This document shows, piece after piece, positions 27,773 through 37,339 of a DNA stretch of 59,633 nt (positions are counted from its first letter, which is position 1; every line of letters starts with the position of its first letter). This DNA is from an uncultured Bacilli bacterium (lineage in GTDB: Bacteria; Bacillota_I; Bacilli_A; RF39; UBA660): the NCBI GenBank assembly GCA_934096735.1, contig CAKOMS010000004.1:1-59633 (forward strand), written 5' to 3'. The notes below the pieces were generated by a model. That model worked only from the letters and a program-made list of their open reading frames with translations, was not told the origin of the DNA and ran no database searches. The position numbers and the translations under genes are program-made.

Positions 27773-30163
27773 ATTTTCTTTATAAAATTTAATTGTAGCA
27801 AAACCATTTGTATTATTAGCACCAGATACCTCATTAATTAACTCTGCACTACTATCTACATAATTACTTCCACCATTACCAGAATTATAAGCCGTTACTG
27901 CAGTATCACAGCCATATTTACAAGTATTACTTCCTGTATAACAATTACTACAATTCTTATCTACGTAGCCACCCCTACATGTATTACTTCCAGATTTACA
28001 ACTATCATATACTGAATCACACCCATATTTACAAGTATTACTTCCAGTATAGCAATTACTGCAATTCTTATCTTCATATCCACCTTTACATGTATTTCTT
28101 CCAGTCTTACAACTATCCCATACTTTCTTATATTCTTTACAATACTTAATTTGATGATCTACTATACAAGAACCATTTGTAGTACCTCTCCATTTACAAC
28201 CTTCCCTATTATTACAAGCACTTTTAGTAGAAAGTCCACAACTAGGATTTTTCTTACCCCAAGTCTTACATTCTGAAGTGGTTTTATATCCACCCTTACA
28301 TGTATTACTTCCAGTTTTACAACTATTCCATACCGAATCACATCCATATTTACAAGTATTACTTCCAGTATAGCAATTGCTACAATTCTTATCTACATAA
28401 CCACCGGTACAAGTATTGCTTCCAGTTTTACAGCTATCCCAAACTGAATCACATCCATATTTACAAGTATTACTTCCAGTATAACAGTCACTACAATTAG
28501 TTTTATAAGTATAATTATAGCCAGACCCTCCACCAGAGCCATTTAATCCATCAACACCAGACCCTCCATTAGTTCCAGTTCCACCACTACTAGCGCCACC
28601 TTTTCCAGTACCAGATCCACCTGGAGTACCATTTTGGCCACCGCCACCACCAGCAGCAATTAAAATATTTTTACTATTAAGTCTTATAGTAGTAGCACCT
28701 CCACCATTATAAAGACCAGACCCTCCACCATTATAACCATTAACACCACCAGTATTAATAATGACAGTTTCACCTTTTTTCAAATATACATAAGCAGAAA
28801 CTCTACCACCATTTCCACCATTACCATTACCCTTAGCACCATTAGCACTAATAATATAATAACCAGTATAAGGAACTTCATAAGTTTGCGTGCTTTCTAA
28901 ATAATTAAACGTATTATCTTCTCCTACATAAACAACTTTACAAACAGTATTTGCATTTATATTATCAATACTAAACACATTATTACCTTTATAAGATACT
29001 ACTTGATTATTAGTACAACTAACAGATTTAAATACTGAATTATTTAATGGATTAACACTAAATTCTTTACTTTCACCTTCAAAAACATCAAAACTACTAT
29101 CTCCTACTAGAGTTCCACCACTAACCTCTAAAGAAACATTATATTTTCTATAACTTAAAGTAATTTTACAATCCATATTACTATTAACGTCTTTTACTAT
29201 AAAATTATTACCAGATACAACACCATTACAACTATTCTCGCTTAAACTCATTCCATAACCTTCATAAGGTACAATAGTAAATGTAGCATTTCCTCCTTTA
29301 TTAACATTTTGAGGATTTGTACTAGTAGTATTTCCATTTAAAACATTTAAACGAACACTATAAATAATTGGATTACCTGATGAAGTAAATGTTATATTAT
29401 CTGTAGGACTATAACTATCACCACTTAAATAAGTTTTACCATTACCTTGCCAAGTAGTACTTATTGTATAACCAGATAAAGGTATTGGAGTAGGTAAAAT
29501 AAATGAATTTCCTTCCATAGTAAGAACTCTTTGTACACTAACACTTCCATTAGTAACTTTAAAAATACTTTCATAAAAATTCTTTTTTATTGTAGTAACT
29601 TCATCATAACTATCTTTTACTGAAAAATAATACTCACCTGGAATAGTTATTTCACTTTCCATATTATATTCAAACATCTCTTCATCTAATTTTATATATT
29701 CAACATCTTCTTCTAAAGGATTACTCATTCCAAAATAATAATAATTAACATTTTCTTTATCACTTGCACTTAAAGAAGCCGTTTGTTTTTCAAAAACATT
29801 ATTAGTACTAGCAAATGCAAGCAAAGAATCATTATTTTTATCAAAATACAAATAGCAGTATAAAGTGATATCAGTATCTACTATAACATTACCATTTACA
29901 TATTTCATTTGAACTTCTACCTTTTTATTATCATCATCAATACAACCAGATAATTCTCTATTAAATATATATCCTTTCTTAGGTATACTATCACTATTTA
30001 TATAATTATTATCTCCATCATTTATCATAATAGCATACATATTATTTGAGCTATCTTTATAATTCATTTCTAAAATATTATTATTAATACTTTTAAAACT
30101 TAAAAATACAAATATAATTTCAAAAATAACTAAAACTAAAATTAAAACTTTACTTTTTTTCAT
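27767..30163 (-). CDS. signal-anchored 798-aa surface protein: paralog-shared N-terminal region, glycine-rich domain, nested Cys-rich repeats
   Basis: N-terminal TM; aa ~30-415 homologous to the upstream 501-aa gene; aa 418-798 glycine-rich domain (YEVPYTGYY.ISA.GAKG...GGGATTIRL....LIAAGGGGG...NGFATIKF) with a 199-aa Cys-rich insert. Confidence 0.85.
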   Translation of the reverse strand: MKKSKVLILVLVIFEIIFVFLSFKSINNNILEMNYKDSSNNMYAIMINDGDNNYINSDSIPKKGYIFNRELSGCIDDDNKKVEVQMKYVNGNVIVDTDITLYCYLYFDKNNDSLLAFASTNNVFEKQTASLSASDKENVNYYYFGMSNPLEEDVEYIKLDEEMFEYNMESEITIPGEYYFSVKDSYDEVTTIKKNFYESIFKVTNGSVSVQRVLTMEGNSFILPTPIPLSGYTISTTWQGNGKTYLSGDSYSPTDNITFTSSGNPIIYSVRLNVLNGNTTSTNPQNVNKGGNATFTIVPYEGYGMSLSENSCNGVVSGNNFIVKDVNSNMDCKITLSYRKYNVSLEVSGGTLVGDSSFDVFEGESKEFSVNPLNNSVFKSVSCTNNQVVSYKGNNVFSIDNINANTVCKVVYVGEDNTFNYLESTQTYEVPYTGYYIISANGAKGNGNGGNGGRVSAYVYLKKGETVIINTGGVNGYNGGGSGLYNGGGATTIRLNSKNILIAAGGGGGQNGTPGGSGTGKGGASSGGTGTNGGSGVDGLNGSGGGSGYNYTYKTNCSDCYTGSNTCKYGCDSVWDSCKTGSNTCTGGYVDKNCSNCYTGSNTCKYGCDSVWNSCKTGSNTCKGGYKTTSECKTWGKKNPSCGLSTKSACNNREGCKWRGTTNGSCIVDHQIKYCKEYKKVWDSCKTGRNTCKGGYEDKNCSNCYTGSNTCKYGCDSVYDSCKSGSNTCRGGYVDKNCSNCYTGSNTCKYGCDTAVTAYNSGNGGSNYVDSSAELINEVSGANNTNGFATIKFYKENK
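27902..28498 (-). repeat. coding Cys-rich repeat cassette (aa 556-754; 30 Cys)
   Basis: four copies of NCS[DN]CYTGSNTCKYGCD and four of (V[WY][DN])SCK[TS]G[SR]NTC.GGY, plus a unique 8-Cys middle piece. Near-identical DNA stretches recur (catatttacaagtattacttcc...caatt) at ~27912, ~28024, ~28344, ~28455. Confidence 0.9.
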
Positions 30164-30176
30164 ATTACACCACTAT

Positions 30177-31682
30177 TTAACCATTATAAGTAATTTCTAT
30201 TTCACATTCCATATCTTTAGTAACATTACTTAATGTATATGTCATTTTGCCATTTGCTCTAGTAAATGTTCCTCCACAAGAATTTACATTCAAGTATGAA
30301 TTATACAAATTATAATTATCATCTGTATACACACTAAATACTGCATTTTCTCCATAATTAACATTCATACTTTCAAAAGCATTTACAACTCCTCCTCCAG
30401 TATAACGTCTTCCAGCAATAAGTGTTACTTTAAAAGTCTTCTTCTTTAATATTAAAGTACAGGAAGTATCAGCTATAATATTAGAAATTACATAATTTTT
30501 ACCATTAAATGTTCCTCCACAAGTATCGTTTGATGCTACATAATCATAACCTTCTTTTGGATTTATTACATATGTTGCACTTCTTCCATGTTCTATTGTT
30601 TGTGGATTTGTACTACTTGTTGTAGCATTACCTAAACTTATTCTAAATGTATAAGTTTTCTTTTTAAGTGTTATTGTACAATTTTTTTCCGATGTAACAT
30701 TACTTACTGTATAAGTTGATCCTGATAATGTTCCACTACATGTATCGCTTGCCAAAATTAAATCATATCCAGTATTTGGTATTATTGCAAACGTTGCAGA
30801 TTTACCGTGTAATACAGATTGTGGATTTATACTTGTTGTAGTTCCATTTACTACTGTTAAAGTTACATTATAACTGCTTACATTTGTATTTGCAGATAAA
30901 GTAGAATTAGTTGCTGGCATATATGTACTTCCACTTGCATAACTTTTTCCATTACCCCTCCAAGTTGTATCTATAGTATATCCAGCATTCGCTTTAGGCG
31001 TAGGTAAAATAAATGAATTTCCTTTTAAAGTTATAACACTTGTTGTTGTTACTGTTCCATTTTCCACACTAAATTTTGTTTCAAAAAATTCTTTATTTAT
31101 AGTAGTAACATCACCATAATTATCTTTTACTGAAAAATAATATATACCAGATGCACTAACTTGTACGTTCTTATTTAAACTATTAGAAGAAACACTTACA
31201 TAAGTAACACTACTACTAGAAGGATTTTCAGTACCAAAATAATAACCAACTAATCCATCATCATCACTAGCATTTAAAGTAACAGTTTGACTTTGAGATA
31301 CATTATTTGTAGATGTAATTGATAAACTTGATTGATTATTCATATCAAAATATAAAAAACACTCCATATTTTTAGTAGTAAGAGCACTAACTTTTCCATT
31401 TAAATATTCTATATCAATATCTAATTTATTATTATTACTATCAACACATACTGATTTATTTTTATTAAATGTATAACCAGAAGTAGGAAAAGTACTAGAT
31501 TCATTATAATTACCATTATTATCTTGAATCATAACAGCATAATAACTTCCATCAACAAGAGTTTTTTCTACTATCTCTAATTCTTTATTATTATCTTTAT
31601 TATCTAATTTTTTTTCATCCAAAAAAATGATATTTAAAAAAGCTAAAGTAACAACTATTATATTTACTACATACCTCTTCAT
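30177..31682 (-). CDS. signal-anchored 501-aa surface protein, paralog of the downstream gene, with three ~72-aa Cys-pair Ig/B-repeat-like modules
   Basis: N-terminal TM; shared blocks (YYFSVKDNYGDVTTINKEFFE, GNSFILPTP, GYTIDTTWRGNGKSY). Modules follow Y.VTL.V.NGTTTS.NPQ....G.SAT..I.P..GYD.....D.C.GT..G..Y..SN.....C.I.LKKKT. Confidence 0.85.
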   Translation of the reverse strand: MKRYVVNIIVVTLAFLNIIFLDEKKLDNKDNNKELEIVEKTLVDGSYYAVMIQDNNGNYNESSTFPTSGYTFNKNKSVCVDSNNNKLDIDIEYLNGKVSALTTKNMECFLYFDMNNQSSLSITSTNNVSQSQTVTLNASDDDGLVGYYFGTENPSSSSVTYVSVSSNSLNKNVQVSASGIYYFSVKDNYGDVTTINKEFFETKFSVENGTVTTTSVITLKGNSFILPTPKANAGYTIDTTWRGNGKSYASGSTYMPATNSTLSANTNVSSYNVTLTVVNGTTTSINPQSVLHGKSATFAIIPNTGYDLILASDTCSGTLSGSTYTVSNVTSEKNCTITLKKKTYTFRISLGNATTSSTNPQTIEHGRSATYVINPKEGYDYVASNDTCGGTFNGKNYVISNIIADTSCTLILKKKTFKVTLIAGRRYTGGGVVNAFESMNVNYGENAVFSVYTDDNYNLYNSYLNVNSCGGTFTRANGKMTYTLSNVTKDMECEIEITYNG

Positions 31683-31711
31683 AATATCACCATCCGTATA
31701 TTAAAATAATA

Positions 31712-32581
31712 CTATATTTTCTTATTTTCTTCAACATATTCTATAACTTCATCTACTGTTTTAGAAAAATTATTAAAATCTGTTTTAAACCAAGTAACAT
31801 TCATTTTATTATTAAACCAAGTATATTGTCTTTTAGCATAATGTCTTGAATTTTTTTTAATAAGTTCTACTGAATCATTCAAACTATTTTCTCCATTTAA
31901 ATAAGAAATTAATTCTTTATATCCAATCGCTCTTTTCAATATTTCAGCATCTGGATATTTTTTATAAAGACTTTTTACTTCTTCTAAAAGTCCTTCGTTC
32001 ATCATTTCATCAACTCTATTATTAATTCTTTCATATAATATATTTCTATCAGTAGTAAGCCCAATAAATAAAACATCATATAATATACTACTATTATTTT
32101 CTTTAAATCCTCCTCTATTTAAAAAGTTCTCAAGTCTTATTCTATTATTTTTATGAATTTCCAAATTATTATCTATTTTTTTACACATTTCATATAGTTC
32201 TTCATTATTAAAACTCGAATAATCTTTTTTATCAAAATCTAAAAATTTATAATCATATAATCCTGCAGTTATATAAAGACCAGTACCTCCAACTATAATA
32301 ATATTTCTATCTTTATATTTATCTAATACTTTTCTTAAATCCTTTTGATAAAAAGATACACTATAATCTTGATTAGGATCTTTAATATCAAATAAAATAT
32401 GCTCTACTCCACATTTTTCTTCTTCTTTTACTTTAGCAGTGCCTATATCAAGTTCTTTATATATTTGACAAGCATCAGCATTAACAATAACTCCATTATA
32501 CTTTTTAGCAAGCAGAATACTTAATTTAGTTTTACCAACCCCAGTCGGTCCCACAACACATAAAATCATTTTCATCACCAA
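31712..32581 (-). CDS. miaA: tRNA dimethylallyltransferase
   Basis: P-loop VVGPTGVGKT; ADA.QIYKELDIGTAK; 289 aa. The start may be one of the downstream Met codons (M3/M5). Confidence 0.93.
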   Translation of the reverse strand: MVMKMILCVVGPTGVGKTKLSILLAKKYNGVIVNADACQIYKELDIGTAKVKEEEKCGVEHILFDIKDPNQDYSVSFYQKDLRKVLDKYKDRNIIIVGGTGLYITAGLYDYKFLDFDKKDYSSFNNEELYEMCKKIDNNLEIHKNNRIRLENFLNRGGFKENNSSILYDVLFIGLTTDRNILYERINNRVDEMMNEGLLEEVKSLYKKYPDAEILKRAIGYKELISYLNGENSLNDSVELIKKNSRHYAKRQYTWFNNKMNVTWFKTDFNNFSKTVDEVIEYVEENKKI

Positions 32582-32666
32582 TGTAATTGTATTATAAAAG
32601 ATTTCTAAAAAAAGATAAAGAAAAAAAATTAATAATATGTTATATTTATTAAAAAGGAGTCAAATT

Positions 32667-33779
32667 ATGAAAATTATAGGAATAATTGCAGAATATAATC
32701 CATTCCATAATGGACATATATATCACATAAATAAAATAAAAGAACTATACAAAGATTCAATAATAATATTAGTACTAAATGGATATTTTTTAGAACGTGG
32801 CGAAGTATCAATTATATCTAAACGCGATAAAGTAAACATTGCTCTTTTAAATAATATTGATATAGTCTTAGAATTACCCTTTGTATATGGAACACAAAGT
32901 GCTGATATTTTTGCAAACGCGAGTATTACTTATTTAGAAGACTTAGGATGTGATTATGTTGTATTTGGAAGTGAATCAAATAATTTAGAAAAATTAACAG
33001 AAATAGCACAATATAGCGTTTCAGAAAATGAATTATATAAAGAAAAAATAAAAGAATTATTAAATACTGGCTTAAACTATCCAACTGCTTTAGCAAAAGC
33101 ACTAAATATTGATTTTGATTTTCTACCAAATGATCTATTAGGTATATCTTATATAAAAAGCATTTTAAGTAACAACTATAATATTAAGCCAATAACAATA
33201 AAAAGAACTAATGACTATCATGATACTACTAGCAAAAATGAAATTGTAAGTGCATCAAATATAAGATATAAATTAAAAAATAATGAAAACATAGAAAATT
33301 ATATACCAAAAATAGTATCAAAATACATTCATAATATAGATTTAAATGATTTTTTTAAAAATATTAAATATAAAATAATTACTGAACACGATTTAAGCAT
33401 ATATTTAGATGTAGATGAAGGAATAGAAAATAGACTTAAAAAAGTAATAAATGAATGCTCTACAACTGATGAATTAATAGAAAAAGTAAAATCAAAAAGA
33501 TACACTTACAATAAAATTAGAAGAATGCTTGTACATATTCTAGTAGGTTTTACAAAAGAAGATAATAAAAATTTAAAACACGAATACATAAAAATACTTG
33601 GATTTAATGAAATAGGTAAAAAATATTTAAATAAAAGAAAAAAAGAAACTAATACTTCATTTATAGTAAATAAAGACTCACTAGTTTATAAATATGAACT
33701 TACTGCTGGAGCATTATATGACCTTGTGACAAATAGTAATTCACTAGAATATGAAACAAAAAATAAACCAATTAAATAA
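32667..33779 (+). CDS. tmcAL: tRNA(Met) cytidine acetate ligase (YlbM/UPF0348 nucleotidyltransferase); start re-called to ATG 32667
   Basis: MKIIGIIAEYNPFHNGHIYHI (HxGH-type NTase motif); AAGGAG RBS. Confidence 0.8.
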   Translation: MKIIGIIAEYNPFHNGHIYHINKIKELYKDSIIILVLNGYFLERGEVSIISKRDKVNIALLNNIDIVLELPFVYGTQSADIFANASITYLEDLGCDYVVFGSESNNLEKLTEIAQYSVSENELYKEKIKELLNTGLNYPTALAKALNIDFDFLPNDLLGISYIKSILSNNYNIKPITIKRTNDYHDTTSKNEIVSASNIRYKLKNNENIENYIPKIVSKYIHNIDLNDFFKNIKYKIITEHDLSIYLDVDEGIENRLKKVINECSTTDELIEKVKSKRYTYNKIRRMLVHILVGFTKEDNKNLKHEYIKILGFNEIGKKYLNKRKKETNTSFIVNKDSLVYKYELTAGALYDLVTNSNSLEYETKNKPIK

Positions 33780-33826
33780 ATACATTTTTTACCAATTAAA
33801 TACTTTAGTAACAATATACATTTTTA

Positions 33827-33855
33827 TTGACATATAGTGTCTTTTATGTTAGAAT
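33827..33855 (+). promoter_or_regulatory. near-consensus promoter TTGACA-17-TAGAAT
   Basis: hexamers at 33827..33832 and 33850..33855; GGGGGA RBS follows. Confidence 0.65.
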
Positions 33856-33885
33856 AAAGCGCGTATTCATGAAGGGGGAAGAAAA

Positions 33886-35529
33886 ATGAATAAAGAACTT
33901 ACTGATAAATTATTAAACAAAATAGCAGAATTTGAAGATGCTAATAAAGAGTTAGAAAGTGAAGCAAAAATCTTAAGAAGAATGAGTAAAAGCGGTGCTT
34001 ATTCTGAAAGAGATAAGAAAAGATTCATAAAAAGTTTAGAAGAACTTGAAAATGAACTTGCTTATAATAAAGGTCAAATTGAAGTTTTAAATGATTTCTT
34101 AACTAATGATAAACGATTAAAAGAAATTGAAGAATTAGTTGACGAACTAAAACTTACTGACCCATCTGATACTGAAGTACGTGAAGAGTTAAAAGGAAAA
34201 TTATTAAAACTTGCAGGTGCTACAAAAAAAGATGTTTCTGAAAATATAATTGATTCTTTAGGGTTATCTGAAGAAGATACTGAAGCATTAAAAAAAGACT
34301 TTGAAGAATTTTACAAAGAAACACAAGAAGAATTAAAAGAATTAAAAATAGTATCTAAATATACAAGTAATAAAAAAATTGAAGCAAGAAAAGATGAATT
34401 AACAGAATTAATTACTACTTTAGATGATATTAGAGGTACAAATGACTTTAGTGGTAAGCTTAAAGAAGCTATTGAAAAAAATGCTAGCGATGATGAATTA
34501 GAAGCATTAGTTATAGAAGCAATTAAAAATAACAATGAAGAAGCTACTATTGGTCTTGCTATTGCTGATGGAAAAATAGAAAATCAAGAAGAAGAACTTG
34601 GCGAAGAAGAAGAAAAAGTAAAAACTAAAAAGTCTTCTAAAGGTAAAAAAGGAAAAGAAAAAAGCGAACTTGCTAAAAAGATTGCAAAAATATTTGGAGT
34701 TTCTGCTCTAGCTGTTGCTTTATTAATAGTAGGTTCAAAAGTTATAAAAAGTATAAAAGATTCTAAACCACAAGATTTAGAAGATGAAGATAAAGTAATT
34801 GAAAGTATTGAAGAAGAAAAAAGCATTGAAGATACTATAAATGATGCATACATGAATGAATATGCTGAAATAGCTGCTCTTAAAAATATTACTATGGAAA
34901 AAGCAGTTAATTATGTAAACAGAGCTCATTTATTAATGGAATCTGGATTATTTACTAATTATTCATATGATGACATTGTAGAAATACTAATGGCTATTCA
35001 AGATAATACAATACTTAAAAATGATTCTGAAGGTTTAAATGCTGCTCTACTTACAAAAGCACTAACTGAATTTAATGGAATTCATAACGAATACCAAAAT
35101 GGTAACGGATTAAATGAAGAAGGGCTTAAAAAAGTTGCTGGACTTAAATATTTAGCAAAAGAAGGAACTGATTTAAGAACTTTCTTAAATGATTATGTAG
35201 TATTATCAGGTAATGTTTTAAAAACAAAAGATAATAAGAGTGAAAAAGCTCAAATGTATAACTATTTAGATACTTTTGCAAAAACTTCACTAGGTAATAC
35301 TGATGGCATTACAATAAATGATAGTAATAAATCAGCTGTAATCAAAAACGATTTTGAATGGAATATAGCATATCAATTATTTGCTTATCCATTAATTCCT
35401 GATTATTGCGACTTCTCTACTGAAGAATTAGCAGCTGATTGGGAATGCTTACAAATTAACTTATTAAGTAATTATGAACACTGGGTTGAACTTGAATGTG
35501 ATGAAGAAATAACTTTAGGAGGTAGATAA
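33886..35529 (+). CDS. bitopic membrane protein: ~260-aa acidic coiled-coil N-terminus, Lys-rich juxtamembrane, one TM, ~260-aa alpha-rich C-terminal domain
   Basis: E/K-rich heptad-like text; KTKKSSKGKKGKEKSELAKKIAKIF then GVSALAVALLIVGSKVI; no family recognised. Confidence 0.8.
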   Translation: MNKELTDKLLNKIAEFEDANKELESEAKILRRMSKSGAYSERDKKRFIKSLEELENELAYNKGQIEVLNDFLTNDKRLKEIEELVDELKLTDPSDTEVREELKGKLLKLAGATKKDVSENIIDSLGLSEEDTEALKKDFEEFYKETQEELKELKIVSKYTSNKKIEARKDELTELITTLDDIRGTNDFSGKLKEAIEKNASDDELEALVIEAIKNNNEEATIGLAIADGKIENQEEELGEEEEKVKTKKSSKGKKGKEKSELAKKIAKIFGVSALAVALLIVGSKVIKSIKDSKPQDLEDEDKVIESIEEEKSIEDTINDAYMNEYAEIAALKNITMEKAVNYVNRAHLLMESGLFTNYSYDDIVEILMAIQDNTILKNDSEGLNAALLTKALTEFNGIHNEYQNGNGLNEEGLKKVAGLKYLAKEGTDLRTFLNDYVVLSGNVLKTKDNKSEKAQMYNYLDTFAKTSLGNTDGITINDSNKSAVIKNDFEWNIAYQLFAYPLIPDYCDFSTEELAADWECLQINLLSNYEHWVELECDEEITLGGR

Positions 35530-35530
35530 T

Positions 35531-37339
35531 ATGTATACTGAAGAACCAAGAAGAGAAATTAACTGGGGAAACTTTATAAAAAAAGGTTTAGTAGCATTAT
35601 TTATCTTAATATTAATATTCTTATTAATATGGTCATTTACTAGAAAAGAAAGTCATGGGGTTGATGTTGATTATAACAACAATAATAATCAAAATATAAA
35701 TAGTAATTTAGATGATGCCAAAACATATTCCGAAATATTCATCTCTAACTATAGATACTTACATGATACTGCAAAAGAATATTTCTTAATTAGTGAATTA
35801 CCAAGTAATGGTAAAACAATTAAATATACATTACAAGAATTAATTAATAAAGGATTAATAATTCCATTTAGTTATACTAATGGTAAATCTTGTGATACTG
35901 AAGCAAGTTATGTAACTGTTAAAAATGTTGATGGAAAATATACTTATACCGTTACATTAGTATGTGGTACTGAAGTTGCTACTACTACTGAAGAATTAGG
36001 ATGTAATCAATTATGTAATGGTAAGTCTTGCGATAACAATAATACTCCATCTAAAGATGATACAAAAAAACCAAAAGAAACTGTAAAAGAATATGAATAT
36101 CAATATAAACAAGCTTATAAAGCAAATGAAGCTACTTATACTTGTCCATCTGGATATACTAAAGTAGGAAGTGGTTCAAGTACTAAATGTGTTAAATCAT
36201 CAAGTGATGTTAAAAAGGCAGATGTAACAGTTAAATATTACTGTCCTGAAGGATATACTCATACTAGTGGATCTGATGCTAATATGGTTTGTTCAAAAGG
36301 TAAAAATGAAACAACAAAACCTACTGAAAAAGTAACATATACATGTAAAACAGGATATACACTTAAAGGTAATGAATGCTATAAAACTACTAATGCAACA
36401 ACAAATGTAACTTATAGTTGTCCTACTGGATACAAGAAAAATGGTAACATTTGTACAAAAGAATCTGTAGATACAATTATAGCCAATGTAGATTACACTT
36501 ATACTTGTCCATCTGGATACACTAAAAATGGTACTAAATGTACTAAATACGTTTCTGGTACTACAGTATCTCCAATAAAGAGCACAACAAGTTACTGTTC
36601 AAATGGTACTAAAGAAGGAAATTCATGTGTTTACTACTACTATAGTAAAACATATACATCAAAAAATAGTTGTACTTATATAGGTACAGTTACAAATTAC
36701 TGTGAAAACGGTTCATGTAATAAATTAAGATACAAATATAAATGTACAACTGGTATTTCTAGTAAAGACACTTATACTTGTCCATCTGGTTCTACTCACG
36801 TAAGTGGATCTGGTGCTAACATGGTTTGTAAAACAAGCGGTGGAAACAAAACAATAAATGCTACTGAAAATCCAAACTACAGTTGTCCAAGTGATTATGA
36901 ATTAAATGGAACAAATTGTACTAAGACAGAAACACTAGAAGAAAATGTAAGTAAATCATGTCCTACTGGATATATAATGAATGGAGACAAATGTGTAAAA
37001 ACAACTAATGATAAAATATCAGCAACTAAGACAGTTAATTACACTTGTCCATCTGGTTCTACTCACGTAAGTGGATCTGGTGCTAATATGGTTTGTAAAG
37101 TTAGCGAAGCATCAAATAAAGGACCAATTAAAAATACAACTTACACTTGTCCATCTGGTTATGAAAAAGTTGGAAGCGGATCAGATTCACAATGTGTAAA
37201 GAAATCTAGTGAATCAATTAGTGCAACTAAAACAACTAAATCAGTAACTAAATATAGATATAAATGGAGTAAAGAAACTTCACTTAAAGGTTGGACAAAA
37301 ACTGGAAAATCAAGATTAGTTACAGCAAGCGCTAAATAA
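35531..37339 (+). CDS. signal-anchored 602-aa protein with about 11 Cys-pair repeats (Y.CP.GY...G..C.K)
   Basis: ATG starts 1 nt after the upstream stop, with the GGAGG RBS inside the upstream gene's 3' end; N-terminal TM. Repeats include YTCPSGYTKVGSGSSTKCVK, YSCPTGYKKNGNICTK and YTCPSGSTHVSGSGANMVCK (x2). Confidence 0.8.
   Translation: MYTEEPRREINWGNFIKKGLVALFILILIFLLIWSFTRKESHGVDVDYNNNNNQNINSNLDDAKTYSEIFISNYRYLHDTAKEYFLISELPSNGKTIKYTLQELINKGLIIPFSYTNGKSCDTEASYVTVKNVDGKYTYTVTLVCGTEVATTTEELGCNQLCNGKSCDNNNTPSKDDTKKPKETVKEYEYQYKQAYKANEATYTCPSGYTKVGSGSSTKCVKSSSDVKKADVTVKYYCPEGYTHTSGSDANMVCSKGKNETTKPTEKVTYTCKTGYTLKGNECYKTTNATTNVTYSCPTGYKKNGNICTKESVDTIIANVDYTYTCPSGYTKNGTKCTKYVSGTTVSPIKSTTSYCSNGTKEGNSCVYYYYSKTYTSKNSCTYIGTVTNYCENGSCNKLRYKYKCTTGISSKDTYTCPSGSTHVSGSGANMVCKTSGGNKTINATENPNYSCPSDYELNGTNCTKTETLEENVSKSCPTGYIMNGDKCVKTTNDKISATKTVNYTCPSGSTHVSGSGANMVCKVSEASNKGPIKNTTYTCPSGYEKVGSGSDSQCVKKSSESISATKTTKSVTKYRYKWSKETSLKGWTKTGKSRLVTASAK
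36776..36832 (+). repeat. 57-nt coding direct repeat, copy 1
   Basis: identical to 37043..37099 except one C/T difference. Confidence 0.9.
37043..37099 (+). repeat. 57-nt coding direct repeat, copy 2
   Basis: see copy 1. Confidence 0.9.

Noticed and set aside
27902-28498. Regularly spaced near-identical DNA repeats that could superficially resemble a CRISPR array
   Set aside because: The repeats are in frame within a long ORF and encode the Cys-rich protein repeats. The intervening segments are also homologous to one another, and no cas genes are present.
30094-31682. Idea that the hydrophobic N-termini of the two paralogous surface proteins (and of the 602-aa protein) are type IV prepilin signals
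   Set aside because: There is no G/(F,M)-T-L-x-E cleavage motif. The glutamate in VIFEIIF is not preceded by a glycine leader end, and no pilus assembly genes are nearby. They are treated as plain signal anchors.
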